Notes: generated by a model from the sequence alone, not told the origin. A stretch of 64,000 nt of DNA from Octopus sinensis (GCF_006345805.1 NC_043000.1:55056001-55120000); one strand, 5' to 3'. Shown: positions 10,381 to 24,132, counted from the stretch's first letter. Numbers and translations: made by a program.

Positions 10381-13300
10381 CGAAACGGTTGTTGGCAACA
10401 AGCAAGATGAGGACAAATATCCGTCGAATGTAAATAATGTAAATAATGAACATAATTCCTTATCTCTTAAATATAGAACAGTATCACCAAACGCATGTTG
10501 TCTAAATCTAAGGATGAATTTCATGAATTGTAGAGGTCACATTTCTCAAATTCATTTAAAATCTTCTTATACACAATTCATCTGAATGCTCTTGATATTG
10601 TATGTTGCATCTTTCAGCTTGCCATTGGTAATTTTATTACTACTGTTGTTGTGGTATTTGTGAATGACTGTAATTCGTATTACTTATTCATTATACGAAT
10701 AGCCACAAATATGATACTGACAGAGGTTACAGAGGTCGGAACATTCACTTCATTGCCATTGCTTTGAAAATATACATATTTGAAAAGAACAAAGTAGAAC
10801 AGAGAAAGACTTGAAACAAAAACTATTACATATGCAAAGATTTGATATTTGAAAACCAAAATTGAAAGATATGTGCTAAAATTTGTACTTCGTGAACAGT
10901 AAGAATATCATAAAGATTATTATAAATTGCAGCCATAAGTAAAATATGGCACAGGTGTTTTACTGATGACAGTTCATTCTTACTTAAGGAATTTACCAAA
11001 AAAAAAATCAATTCTTTTGTAAAAAGTTACTTTGTATATCCCCTCGAAAGAGAACCAAGAAGTAAATTTATCCGATGTATTGTAAGATGTCTGTTCCGTG
11101 GATGTAGGATACGTATATGCCATCGTGGGAAAGTTTTATTTATGAAAAGTAGCTATAGTTCCTGCAAGGCAGATCATTCTAAAGAAAGTTTTCATAGTAT
11201 ATATCCAGCAATAAGTCAAATGTAAAATCCAGCAACAATCGAACGAATAGAATTACATGCGGTATCAGGCAAGCAAATATTGAGAGCAGAGTCAAATTCT
11301 AAAAATATGTGCTTCAAAGTGGTGAGGCTTTGTCGAGACCCGGAAAACTACAGCAGTGTCCAGAAGTATACTCCATAATGGAAGCAAAGTGGAAGTTAAT
11401 GCAACTTGGAGGTTGTATGATATCAAAGACTATTTTGAGGATTGACTCTACAGAAGAAAAGAAATTGAAAATATGATATAAGAGGTAGTTTAGCGCATTG
11501 TTGTGGTGAACAATCATGCCAACTACCGTTGGAATCGCTGCTTTCAAAATTCTAGCCCCTCATTTCTATGTGGTTTCGTTTATATTTTCAGGGCAAGATG
11601 CACCAGGTGACATTAAACACAAAGACAGTCAAAGATTCTTATCAACATTTCCATCCCACTTCCTGCGCCGAGACTGAAAATTAGAAACTTTTAAATTAAT
11701 AGAAACCATTCCCAAAGTGGGATGCACCTGACTGCCTATAATGTCTGAGTTTTATTTAAAAAAACTGAAACTTGATAAATATTACCCAAGTTCCCAGCTG
11801 TTTCTGCATGTAGCACACCATTCTCCTGATGCTACATTTCATTGTTCAGCTATAGGTAAAATATCCTTACGTTGATTCTAAAAAGTCTATTCTTTGACAT
11901 AGTCTTGTTTTTGTTGCTGTCTACTTCAGCATTTTCATCCGACTTGGGGTCAGCAAAGAGCAAAATACCAAGCCCGAGTTTGTCGGCAAGCCACTCCCTT
12001 CTAAATGATATTTATTAATTTAATTTTGAGTACCATTATTTAACAGCGAAATTATACTCCGAAGCTTGCATAATGTTCTGGCTTGGTTCTATATTTTCTA
12101 TTGTACTGAAAGCATTCTAATACCATTAATGAGCTTTCTACTGCCATTTTTAGTAGCTTGGTATTATAGTGGTGTAATTTTTAGTAATGCATTTCTTTAA
12201 ATATCTATTTCTCAATTATTCCCAGTATACTATTATTATAAGGTTGATTTTTTCTCTCCTATATTATGTTTAACTCTATATACGGTTATGTATTTGAATA
12301 ATTTATCCATTTATTCATTTCTTTTCTTGATATTTGTTTTAGTGGAGGTGGAAATCTCTGCTATTTTTGCATTAGCTGATTTTATTCCCTACCACCAGAA
12401 AACCTTTACATGTGTTTTTCTAGTCTACTTACGAGTTCACTGAATGCTGTTTCCATATATCATTGACGAGAGGTATTTAGTGACAATTGTAGAAGTTATC
12501 AACCGTTGGATCTCTTCATTTATATGTGGTTGTTAATATGCGAATGAGTACTTTGCCGTTTATAATAGGCTCTGCTATCTACGTTATTACATTTTACACT
12601 TCTCTTTGTCTCTGATTCATTGTTTATTTTTATTGTGTCGAAGATTCTTGTTCTATATTCAATTCCAGTAGCAATGAATCGTATTTGTTGTACTTGCTTG
12701 AATGTTTCCATTGGGATTCTTCGTAATCTTCACCAATTTTTCATATTATTCTATGAATTGTTTTTTGCTGTTTTCTTTGCTGTAACGCCTTGTCTGTTTC
12801 ATGTGTGATAGGCACGGTAGTATTTTCATTGTATTTTAGGACCGGTTATTATATATGAGGTAATTCTTTTCTTTTATGGATTACTATCAGTTTTATATGT
12901 TAGGATTCTATTGTGATAATTTCCTTGGTGATCATTTCCTTAAGTATTTGCAGTTTTTCTTTTTCAGTGAATATTGTTCCTAAGACATTTTCTGTTTCAT
13001 TTTCCTTTAGCAATCTAGTTATTATTCATTATAAATATCTGTACATTCACAAAAGTGTTCGCAGTGTTATTTTCCTCAATTCACATGTTTTCAATCAGCT
13101 CTTATATATGCATGTGTTGTCTCCTTTATAGGGCCTGTTTTTGTCGCATCGCTATTTTGTGTATAACAGGACTATAACGTATGAGTGTAGTGTTCAAATT
13201 ATCCAACGTTCTCTACCTCCCAGTTATTTTTTGAAGGCAAACGATAAACAACAGGCCTTTACATTTGGAGTGAACTCATTTTAGATTATGCTACTTGTAA

Positions 13301-13589
13301 ACAACGCATTTAGTTAGTTTTGTATCATGGTTGTAGCAAAATCGCACTGTAAATTTCAGCATATAGCCTGACTCCATTCAGATTGTTTTGTTTCATTTAG
13401 TTATGAAGATAGCTAATTAACCTTAAAATTGTGCAAGACTATTTTAGACTCTTTCGTTTTGGTTCCTTCAATATTTTGTTTCAGTTTTTTTGTGACTCAA
13501 GTATTAAATTGACCCTTCTGGTATATGTATTACTTAAACTACATATTTGATCGGAATAATTTCAGATAAGACGTACAAAATATATATCT

Positions 13590-13746
13590 TTTTCTACTCT
13601 AGCCACAAAGTCCGAAATATTGGGGGAGGGGGCCAGACGATTATATCGACCTCAGAACGTAACTGGTACTTAATTTATCGACCACGAAAGGATGAAAGGC
13701 AAAGTCGACCTCGGCGGAATTTGAACTCAGAAAGTAATGACGGATA
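13590..13746 (-). mobile_element. SINE family A, 5'-truncated
   Basis: Conserved body tcgaccacgaaaggatgaaaggcaaagtcgacctcggcggaatttgaactc. Confidence 0.8.
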
Positions 13747-13769
13747 AAATGACCAATAATAATAATAAT

Positions 13770-13985
13770 CTTTTCTAATATAGGCACAAGTGCTGAAATT
13801 TGAGGGAGGGGGATAGGAGATTACTTCGACCCCAATGCGTAACTGTTACTTAATTTATCGACATCAAAATGATTAAAGGCAAAGTCGACTTCAGAGGAAT
13901 TTGAACTCAGAACGTAGCGGTAGACGAAATACTGCTAAGCATTCCGTCCGGCGGCGTGCTAAAGATTCTGCTAGCTCGCCGCCTT
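13770..13985 (-). mobile_element. SINE family A, full length
   Basis: Full head ending gctagctcgccgcc plus the conserved body; adjoins (AAT)n. Confidence 0.8.
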
Positions 13986-13987
13986 AA

Positions 13988-14081
<94 letters not shown>

Positions 14082-14106
14082 GTAATAATAATAGTAATAA
14101 TAATAA
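13988..14106. repeat. (AAT)n microsatellite
   Basis: Direct inspection. Confidence 0.95.
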
Positions 14107-14846
14107 CGAGTACCCTGATGCAGTACCAAGCACTGACTCCCATGGCTCCTGATCTTAACCGATTGGAAGTGTTATCATGTACGTTTTGTCTTGCTACAAA
14201 AGATGGCTAGAGCAAATATTTTGATCAGTACCACAGATTTGCTTGTCAGTTGCTTGACCTTAACCAGTTGAATATGTCCCTTAGGGGTAGACAATATGTG
14301 AGTCTCTAATCATGAGCAAAAGTATGGGAGGGTCATAGCCATGTGTTAGGAGGAATTGTTTGAGATTTGAATAATTCAGCTCTGGAAATGTGTGTTTCGT
14401 TCAATGTCCTTAAACAACCCTTATTCAGGGGCCTTTTGGGCGATATGGGCTACTCTACGTGAAACCATTTCTAGCCGGGTCCCTCTTGCAAGATCATGCG
14501 TGTTTACCTTGATACGAGAACACCATTTTGCACACATATGGTTGTGATACATATGCCTGGTGTACAACCGTCGTGAAAAGACAGATACGTAAGTGGTAAA
14601 AGACCGCTTTACAACATATTTATTTACAAGTTTTATAAATTATAAAGACAATGGGTGGGAGAAGGTTAATACTATACGAGGGAAAAGGGGATAAATGTGA
14701 GTGTGGAAAATTTAAGGGTAAAACTTAAAATTATACCCTGAATTTTAAGTTACAACTTATAACATTGCTGCTATGCGAAAATTATTGTTCTACTTTACGA
14801 GATTTTGCTTTACAAGTTAACTCATATTTCGAGGGATTATTGTAAT

Positions 14847-14887
<41 letters not shown>

Positions 14888-15045
14888 AGACATATGTATA
14901 TATATATATGTGTGCATGAGTGTATATATATGTATATGTGCGTATATATGTGTGTATTTGTGAGCGTATGTATTCGTATGTATATATATGTATACATGTA
15001 CGTATATATATACATGTATATACATTATACATATATACATGTATA

Positions 15046-15084
<39 letters not shown>

Positions 15085-15399
15085 GAAGAAATATATGGGA
15101 TAATTATCCCCTTATACAGCACATCTAATTAGCGCTCTAATAGAGCCTCAGGAATTTAAAACGAAGAAAGAAAGAACAAATTTCGTAGGTCAGTGTTCGT
15201 ACTCATTCAGTACATTTCAAAGCGTCGGAATACTCCCCAGCATATATAGGTGCATTCATATACGCAACATATATTATAAAAATTTACAAGAATGTATACA
15301 TATATAAATACATCAATGTGTCTGCGAGGTTGTATGTCCGTATTAAAATCAATTGAACACTCCTACCCCGACACCATAATAGAAGATAGTATAATTCAT

Positions 15400-15435
<36 letters not shown>

Positions 15436-15489
15436 TAATAATAATAATAAAATAATAATAATAATAACTATATTGGGCACAAAAAGAAC

Positions 15490-15990
15490 AACTCGGTGCG
15501 GAAGCGGGACATTATCTGGTTCCGCCTCCTTTTTCGCCTCCGAGTTAGAAACCACCCAATTTTAAAATTCATTTTTAGTGCTATTGACAGGAATTTCCCA
15601 TTAGGCCATAAATATCATTCCGTCTTTAATAGGTCCTGTCTTAAATTATCGTATTCAACCACGCCCAACCTAGAATCTATAATTGCAGCCAACTATAGAT
15701 TTAAACTTACAAATAGATATTATTGATAGAGATGACAATATAGCTGACCTTAATATGAAGAATAATGATAAGAATCCTGATATTAAAAATATAAAAGCGA
15801 AGCATGGAGATAAAACATGTAATTGCCATAACCGGGAGTTATGTCCCGTAAAAGGATTCTATTTAAGGAGCAATGTCATATATAAAGTTGAGGTTTCAAC
15901 CCTTAGCGGATCAAAAATGATATACATAGGAAGTACAACTGCTTTTAAGACTTGATACAAGGGACACACATATTCATTTATTAATCATGT
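15490..15990 (+). pseudogene. PLE linker and GIY-YIG fragment
   Basis: HKYHSVFNRSCLKLSYSTTPNLESII and TCNCHNRELCPVKG..NVIYKVEV..YIGSTTAFK, frameshifted. Confidence 0.75.
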
Positions 15991-16983
15991 CATTATTCTT
16001 TGTAGACAAAAATATTTATTAGCATTTAAATTTTTCTCCAAAAATAATTAGTTTATATGATTATAACCTAGTTAACCTTTATGTATTTGGATTCATCTTA
16101 AAACACCATTATGTATAGATTCATAATTTATTTAAACATATACCTTTAGCTCTTATTATAGCATGCACCTGAACAGTGTGTGTATGTGTGTATGTGTGTG
16201 TGTGTGTATGCGTGTGTGTGTGCGTGTGTGTACCATTATTGTACACATTTCGTATACCAATGGCAATTTTGAATCTTGTCTTGAAACGCTGCGGACAATG
16301 TTCCTGTTTCTAACAAATTAAATTGCAAGTTAATAATAGGAGTATCTACAAAATACAATTTCAGAGCGCAGTGCACGATCCCTATTCCTGTATTATATAT
16401 AAGTGTTGAAGGCAGCGGTGGACACTCATATTCTTTTTCTTCCTTATACTGATAATTAGTGATGGGTACGAATTTCGACCCCATTATATCGACTCATCCG
16501 GTAGATTAAACATCATCCTACTACAGAACATAAACTATAGAATACAAACGACTTTAGACCTATGAGGTTTGAGGAACGGATTTTTGTTACCCGAAGATAA
16601 TGCATTACAAATTATTGCCTTGTATGCCACTTACTACATTATTCAGCTATATCCTAGCTTGATTATCATTTTCTATTTTTGTATTTTTATACATCTTATC
16701 AGAAAAAGTATTCGCTCAGGCAAACTACAACACTTTACAATAATACTTACATTTCTCACACTTTCCTGTTATCAGTTCTAACATTTGTCTGTATATAGAG
16801 AGACAAGCATGCATAAGTACATACACACATGCGTACATACATATATATACATACATACATATACGTGTGTGGCCAGTGTATGTGTGTGTGTAAGTATGAA
16901 TATATAGGTACATAATATATGAATGTATATGTGGGTATATATATATATGTACATGCGTATATATGTACACATATGAAACTGTA

Positions 16984-17030
<47 letters not shown>

Positions 17031-17124
17031 AGAGGCCACGTGGATACTAACATATAAGTGTATCTATGTATATGCCTATACACATACGCACACCTACACA
17101 CAGAAAACTCACACACCAACACAC

Positions 17125-17188
<64 letters not shown>

Positions 17189-17665
17189 GTATGTATATAC
17201 GGAACTATTGCTGACTAGTTTCCTCGCTCAAGGCTATAACTAATTAACTGCATAAACGTGATTTCCTCAAGGGACCCTGTCAAGTAATTTTCTTGGAGCT
17301 CCGACACACTTATAGATTTTACCGATTACTAATTAGTAAAACATATCTTCTTTTCACTTGCCTTTGGCATCCATTGCAAAATTGATTCTCACTATAATGT
17401 TATACCGTTCTTTTAACATACTTATATACACTCGAGACGGCGCTCAGTTACTTCTCAATCGATTTGTGCTATTTCTATAGTTGTGAAATAGATGTGACAC
17501 TTATACTCTATATACTATATACAAAATCCAGTCCGTAAGTAGTTATAAACCGTACACGCCCAAAATATCATGCATATACATAAACGCACCTATGTACACA
17601 CCTAACTACACATACATATTTGCATACCTACATACATACATACATGCATACATACATACATACAT

Positions 17666-17740
<75 letters not shown>

Positions 17741-17745
<5 letters not shown>

Positions 17746-17909
17746 CTGTCATATAATATGTGACAATAATCCGGTTGCCATAATAAGACTTCGAGTTGCG
17801 GAAACCTGCTCTGGAAATCTCTACGATTGCCTCGAAAACTGACGAGATGCCACAGTAGGTTTCCTCCACGACACCCGAAACTCGGGTCACATATTATATT
17901 ACAGATATA
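17741..17909. mobile_element. Small foldback element with 24-bp inverted termini in a TA tract, containing hammerhead-like core words
   Basis: 17741-17764 and 17886-17909 are reverse complements with one mismatch. CTGACGA at 17839, GAAAC at 17877, GTC at 17886. Confidence 0.6.
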
Positions 17910-18135
17910 TATATTCATGTTGTTTATATGTTCAGTTACAAAATAAAATTTAAACAATAGACTACGAATTTAACATTAGATTACAAATTAATCGTTTTTC
18001 ATCAAGAGTGTTGCTGAAAGTGATTTCGAAGTTTCGGCCAGCTAAGCCATCTTTGCAATGGTGAAACTTCAAGTCACATCCGACGGCAGTCTTGTTTCAG
18101 AATTATATATACATAATACATACATAGATACATAC

Positions 18136-18190
<55 letters not shown>

Positions 18191-18244
18191 GTAATATATT
18201 TGTGTGTATATGTATATATATATATGTATCTATGTATATATATA

Positions 18245-18306
<62 letters not shown>

Positions 18307-18309
<3 letters not shown>

Positions 18310-19946
18310 TTGCGGCCAAAATGTTCAGAACGGCATTGTTTTCGTCAGAAAAGTAGGTTTAAGTTTTTATCAAAGTTGTTTTTTATTTTATAATTTTCAC
18401 AGACAATAAATACAATATGAATTGTTATTGTCTGAGACTTTGGTCTGATTTTGATGTAATTTGAGAGGATAATACAAAAGTTATAGATGATTTAGTGATT
18501 TACTGCAAAACCCATGGCGGCCAAAATGATCAGAACGGTTGAAAGATTATAAGATAATAAAAAATGACAGAGAATACTGGAATTATTTAATATTTAGTGT
18601 GAAGCCCTTTAAGCTTCAATCACACTCTGACATCTTCGACTGCATGACGAAATAAAATTTTCAATTTCTTGCTGGGTGATCTTATTCCATTTTTCCTGAA
18701 GGGCATTCCATAATTGCTTAGTTGTTTTAGGATTTCTGGCTTTCGAATGTTCTCCTAGAATATTCCACACATTTTCAATAGGATTGAGATCTGGGCTTTG
18801 AGCTGGCCAATCCATAACAATAACCTTTTCAGCATTGAGGAAGTTCATGACCACCTTAGCCTTGTGACATGGGGCATTGTCCTGCATGAATATGGGTGGT
18901 CGCTTAGTTGAATTTCTCAGCACAGGCAAGACATGATCTTTTACAAGTTGTTTATAAACTCCTGCATTTAACCTTCCATGTAATCGCACCAAAGGGCCCA
19001 CACTATCTCCAGATATCATTCCCCAAACCATGACACTTCCTCCACCGAATTTAACACCAGTCTTAAGGCATTTAGGCAACAATTTTTTACCTACATTTCT
19101 ACGAACGTACCTTTTCCTATCTGAGCCAAATAGCATAAACTTAGATTCATCACTGAAATGCACTGTTTGCCATTTTTCGTGAGACCACATCACATGTTCG
19201 GTTGCAATGGTAAGACGATACTTTTTATTCTTGGAGCTGATCAGTAGCTTCACTGCAGGTGTTCTTGCTTGTAGGTCATGTTCAACTTAACGACGAGACA
19301 CAGTTTTTCGAGATAAAGTTTTCCTCAATACAATGCTCATTTTCCGAGAAACAGCAGCAGCAGTTTTAAATCTGTCCTTTTTAACCAAATTTACCATAGC
19401 ACGATCTTCTCTCTTGGTCGTTTTTCTTGGCCTACCTGTAAAATTTCTTGCTTCACACGAACCACAATCATCGTAGACCTTAAGAATATCGTGTACAACA
19501 CTTTTTGACTTGTTAACAATCTTTGCAATAGATCCAATACTTAAATTATCCTTCCTTCGAAGCTTATTAATCTGTTGACGAATTGGTAACGGAGTAAGTG
19601 GCATTATATTAACAAGGCACACTGCAAATATTCTTACTAATGTTTAGTAAACGAACCGTCACGCAAACAAATTCAAAACATTAGAGTTCGCCGGTTAAAT
19701 ATACTAAAACACGGAGTAAAAGCAACAGTTCTGATAATTTTGGTCGCCATGGGTTTTGCAGTAAATCACTAAATCATTCATAACTTTTGTATTATCCTCT
19801 CGAATTACACCAAAATGTCAGGCAATAACAAACAATATCGTAGTTATTGTCTGTGAAAATTATAGAATATAAAACAACTTTGATAAAAAATTATATTTAC
19901 TTTTCTGACGAAAACAATACCGTTCTGAACAGTTTGGCCGCAACTC
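18307..19946 (-). mobile_element. Full-length Tc1 transposon with long IR/DR-type TIRs, inserted in (TA)n
   Basis: TIRs at about 18307-18536 and 19728-19946, each with outer and inner direct repeats (gcggccaaaatgttcagaac / gcggccaaaatgatcagaac); TA on both flanks. Confidence 0.95.
18609..19622 (-). pseudogene. Tc1 DD34E transposase interrupted by one in-frame TAA (19287-19289)
   Basis: HTH and GRPRKT motifs, FSDESKF, GGGSVMVWG, FMQDNAPCH, WPAQSPDLNPIENVW; 34 residues between the second D and E. The two ORF-track pieces are in the same frame. Confidence 0.92.
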
Positions 19947-20194
19947 TATATATATATATACATACGTATATGCATACATACATATAAATATATATACACA
20001 TATAAAAACAAGTAATGGTATATTCGTATGTCTTCTGTATGCAAGTAGTATTATGTGTACGGATTAATACGTAAATATTAGTGAATGTGTATTTATATAC
20101 TAGTCTCTATGTCACACATGTGCACCAAGGAATGAAAGGACGTCAAATTATTCCAAGCTATACATCCTTGTAAAGAGTTGGCATTCTGTGCATA

Positions 20195-20365
20195 TATGGG
20201 TTCAGGGCATCAGCAAAGGTGAAAACAACATAAAATATGTAAAAGAACCAGTTAAGTACGTAAACAACGAGAAACAAAAATTGAAAACAAGACAAATAAA
20301 CACGTTGAAAGGACCCTTCATCAGCTGACGGTTCTCTATCTACTCCTCATTCCGAACATATATTT
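20195..20365 (-). repeat. Truncated relative of the 28276-28800 repeat, carrying CUGAUGA
   Basis: Shares GAGTAGATA...CTGA(T/C)GAAGGG and the A-rich flank ending cctg(a/t)accc with the 28276 element. Confidence 0.5.
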
Positions 20366-20499
20366 ATATATATATAATGTAATATAATATATTATAACAT
20401 AAATATGAGTTGCAGTAGATAAACAGGTGTCCATCTATTACTGTCGTTTCTAACGGCTTCTTTAATCGATTAATGGTAACTGTTTTCGTCAAATGAATT

Positions 20500-21400
20500 C
20501 ATGAACTTCAAAATAAAAGACATTCAAAATATAAAGACAACTTAATTAATAATAAATTGGATCATAGGTTTTCGTGTGTTCACAGGATCACCCGTGCCTT
20601 TAAATATCTTAGAAGCAGTACATAATAAATACCTCCTACTGCCCCTTTGGTTAAATCATTACTCCCTGTAACCTATTATTTACAACTTATTCTATTTAAT
20701 ATTAAAACGTGATTAGTAATATGGTCTCGTGACACTTTACCTCCCATGATCCTTTATGTTTAATTTTTCTGCATCGCTAACCTTTATGTCTAGATAAGTA
20801 GTCTGTCTGAATATTTATTCTCTGTCTAATTCTTTCTCACATTTGCATCTTGACAAATTTTAACTCTGAATAATTATTCCCTATCTAGTTCATTCATAAC
20901 TTTACATTGTCTATGTTCGGCTCTTTATGGATTAAACCTAAAAATTACATAGCAAATAATCAACACCAACCCCCACTGGAAATATTACACCTTTATATAT
21001 TAATTTAATTGTGTTTTTATTTATTTGTATTTTATTTATAATCATTTTCTTCCTAACAGTATCTTATCGTACACTTAGCTTACTGGCCTAACATGACTTT
21101 CTATTAAATACTAGCCATAAGGTATTAGTCTGTGGCTGACCGATATTCCTCTAGTTATTCTTCCCTTGACTTTCTTACATTTTGAATCTTTGCAGCGATC
21201 GAGAATATTACACTTTTTAATTACCGTAACTTTAATATAATGAAATTCACCTTGCTCGTTACCCCTAATAATATTTGTATAGCCAATTTAATCAAGTGTT
21301 CTTTAGTATGTCCTATATATAGTCCTCTCTCGAGATTTGTAATCTGAAATAATCATTCTTTGGCTTAAATTATGGGACTATAATTTAATTATCTAAACCT
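20500..21400 (-). pseudogene. Very old PLE-like GIY-YIG-region relic
   Basis: Weak remnants (FNRKSC, RDHITNHVLI, RYLLCTASKI) with many stops. Confidence 0.3.
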
Positions 21401-22152
21401 AACTCTCCCACTACTGCATGCACTCAATATATTATTATATGTATATACCCCTTTCAAAGATTGGCATCTTTTATATATGGCTGATATAACATGTATTTTC
21501 TTTTATTTCTTATTGCTAGAGGATTTATATATTTCGCACGAAAACTTAACGCTTATTTTTTACTATCTTTTTATTTACGTTTATTATAACGTCCCCTAAT
21601 TATAACGTATAACATCAAATGCTCTTTATTCTTTTATTTGTATTGTGTGTAATATAAAAACTGTTAATTTTTTATTTACATTATTATTTCATTATTATTT
21701 TTATTGATGACATTTTAAAAGAAATTTATCATTTTTATATATGTTCATCTTTTTGTATATTCATATATCTCGTTGTATATTTTAAGATTTATATACATTA
21801 TATTTTTTTACAATTTCCGGTTTTATAAATTTTAATATCTGAATACACTTCTCTGTATGGTTTAAATATATTTTGATTATCTACCTATATTTAATACTTA
21901 GTATTCAATATGTCATAACGTTACCCTCCTGTAATTGGTGCGTATGTTCAAAAACGTTTGGCTTTTATCTTATATAAATTTTCATATATCTTCATTTTTA
22001 CCCTAACGTTATTTATATACTCTATATATTTTTTAAATCTTAATATTCTTATGATTTTTATATCTTAATACATCTATTTTGCTTATAAATTTAAGTGCCT
22101 TTTAATTATTTACCTGGATTTAATTTTTAAATTCCCTTATTGCTATAATATT

Positions 22153-22732
22153 CTTTTCTACTCTAGCCACAAGGCCCGATATTTTGGGCGAGTGGGCCAG
22201 TCCATTAGATCGACCACAATATGCAACTTGTACTTCATATATTGACCCCGAAAGGATGAAATGCAAAGTCGACCTCGGCGGAATTTGAACTCAGAACGTA
22301 AAGACAGACGAAATACCTATTTCTTTACTACCCACAAGGGGCTAAACACAGAAGGGACAAACAAGGACAGACAAAGGGATTAAGTCGATTATATCGACTC
22401 CAGTGCGTAACTGGTACTTATTTAATCGACCTCGAAAGGATGAAATGCAAAGTCGACCTTGGCGGAATTTGAACTCAGAACGTAGCGGCAGACGGAATAC
22501 CTATTTCTTTACTACCCACAAGGGGCTAAACACAGGGAGGACAAACAAGGACAGACAAACGAATTAAGTCGATTATATCGACCACAGTGTATAACTGGTA
22601 CTTATTTAATCGAACCCGCAAGGTTGAAAGGCAAAGTCGATCTCGGCGTAATTTGAACTCAGAACGTAGCGGCTGACAAAATGCCACTAAGCATTTCGCC
22701 TGGCGTGCTAACGTTTCTGCCAGATTACCACC
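22153..22732 (-). mobile_element. Head-to-tail trimer of SINE family A bounded by a 14-bp TSD
   Basis: Three bodies with internal period 184. CTTATTGCTATAAT at 22136-22149 and 22735-22748. Confidence 0.85.
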
Positions 22733-23479
22733 TTCTTATTGCTATAATTTTATAACTCTGCTAAGTTGTAGTAGGTTCTTTTTTTTTCCATGCAATGACG
22801 CCTTGTCATATTTTCGAGATTTGCCCCATAACACTTATTTCATTATCCTTCAAACTTTTTCTCTGTTAATATTACGGTAATTAGTAAATGTTGGGCCAGC
22901 TTTCTGTCTTTTTTCTCCTTCTCCTCCCTTCCCTATTACTGTTCTCTGCGTTGTCCACTTGTGCATCGACTCCATCACAGACGACCTTGATAAATTAGTA
23001 GGGCGACCTGACCACAAATCATTTTCTTACCACTGACCAGTAGACATTAAACAGTACCTCAATAGATAAACCCTAGGCTAATGGAAACATGTCCTCCTCT
23101 GTTGTTAGAAGTAGAGTTAATTGGGTGACTGGAATCAATTATTCCTTCTCCTTCCTGAAAAGTCTACGAACCTCGAATTTTTTTCTGTTCTGATCAAATA
23201 AGCACTATTGTGGGGAATCCATTCTGTCAACTGAAATAGTAGCAGAGTCACTGTAGATGTATCGGTTTGTGGATTTTAAACTGTGCTAAATGTTTTTGAA
23301 TGTCCTTTATTTTGAAATTCATGAATTCATCTGACGGAAACGGTTTCTTTATAATGAAGTTTTTTTTTTCATTAATCAATTAAAGGAGTCGTTAGCATCG
23401 GCCGTAATGGATAGACACTTGCACTTCTACTGTTGTCATTTATATTTCATTCACCAGTCTCAGAATCTGCCCACAGTGG

Positions 23480-23770
23480 GTGGAAATTTCGAAGTATAAA
23501 TTGTTGATCCACTTTCTTTGTGGGCGCAAGCTATAATATTCCAATCTGTCCGGGTGTCGTTCACGTCTCTCTCTTTACGTGCCTGTACGATATTGGATAA
23601 AGATGCTGTGCGTCTTTTCTTTTTTGTCTGAACGAAGCTAAATGCTGTGTATATTTCTCCTTGAATGTGTTTCCCATCATTCCAATGTAGTTTTTATTGT
23701 TCCGCACAAATCCGTAATGCTGGGCTTGTTCAACAATTATTTTCCAAGTATCTATTTTTCTCATGAAAAA
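23480..23770 (-). pseudogene. PLE GIY-YIG fragment
   Basis: NYIGMMGNTFKEKYTQHLASFR..WNII. Confidence 0.6.
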
Positions 23771-24079
23771 TAGATACCTGGAGACAATTATAGAATAATT
23801 GTGTGATGTTCCTAATGCTACTGCCGTTGTGGTTTAGCATAACTGACACTATATTTGGGAGGCAATTATAGCTAACTTTAAGTGCATCACCACTGAAGTA
23901 ATTGCTGAAGAATCTTCTCTCAGCACGAAACCAACGGTAGACTTGTTAACCCAGATGTAAAGAACATTTATCCACCAATGCAATGTTGAGCACTCATTCT
24001 CACTGCTCGATATTATAGGTGTGTGTGTGCGTGTGTTTGTGTCCATATATGCACGTATACATATACATATGAATGTGTT

Positions 24080-24132
<53 letters not shown>

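Larger units (their letters stand above)
8500..10460 (-). mobile_element. Penelope-like retroelement (Penelope/Poseidon type), 5'-truncated, with 3' pLTR and an inverted pLTR segment at the 5' end
   Basis: RT and GIY-YIG remnants at 8727-10380. pLTR 8500-8715 (tRNA-like head plus HHR). 10381-10460 is an inverted copy of the pLTR 3' tail. Confidence 0.9.

Noticed and set aside
11300-13150. Possible R4/Dong LINE remnants (PKWDAPDCL on +; N-terminal-like stretch on -)
   Set aside because: Too decayed; the similarity rests on a few residues across many stops.
14108-14580. Possible (AAT)n-targeted SINE-like repeat with a 5' HDV-like ribozyme
   Set aside because: Single copy in the window, and I could not build the P1-P4 pairings.
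20430-20480. Hammerhead relic on the minus strand (..TAAAGA-AGCC..GAAAC-GACA-GTA)
   Set aside because: Core and stem II are broken; at best a dead relic of the old PLE.
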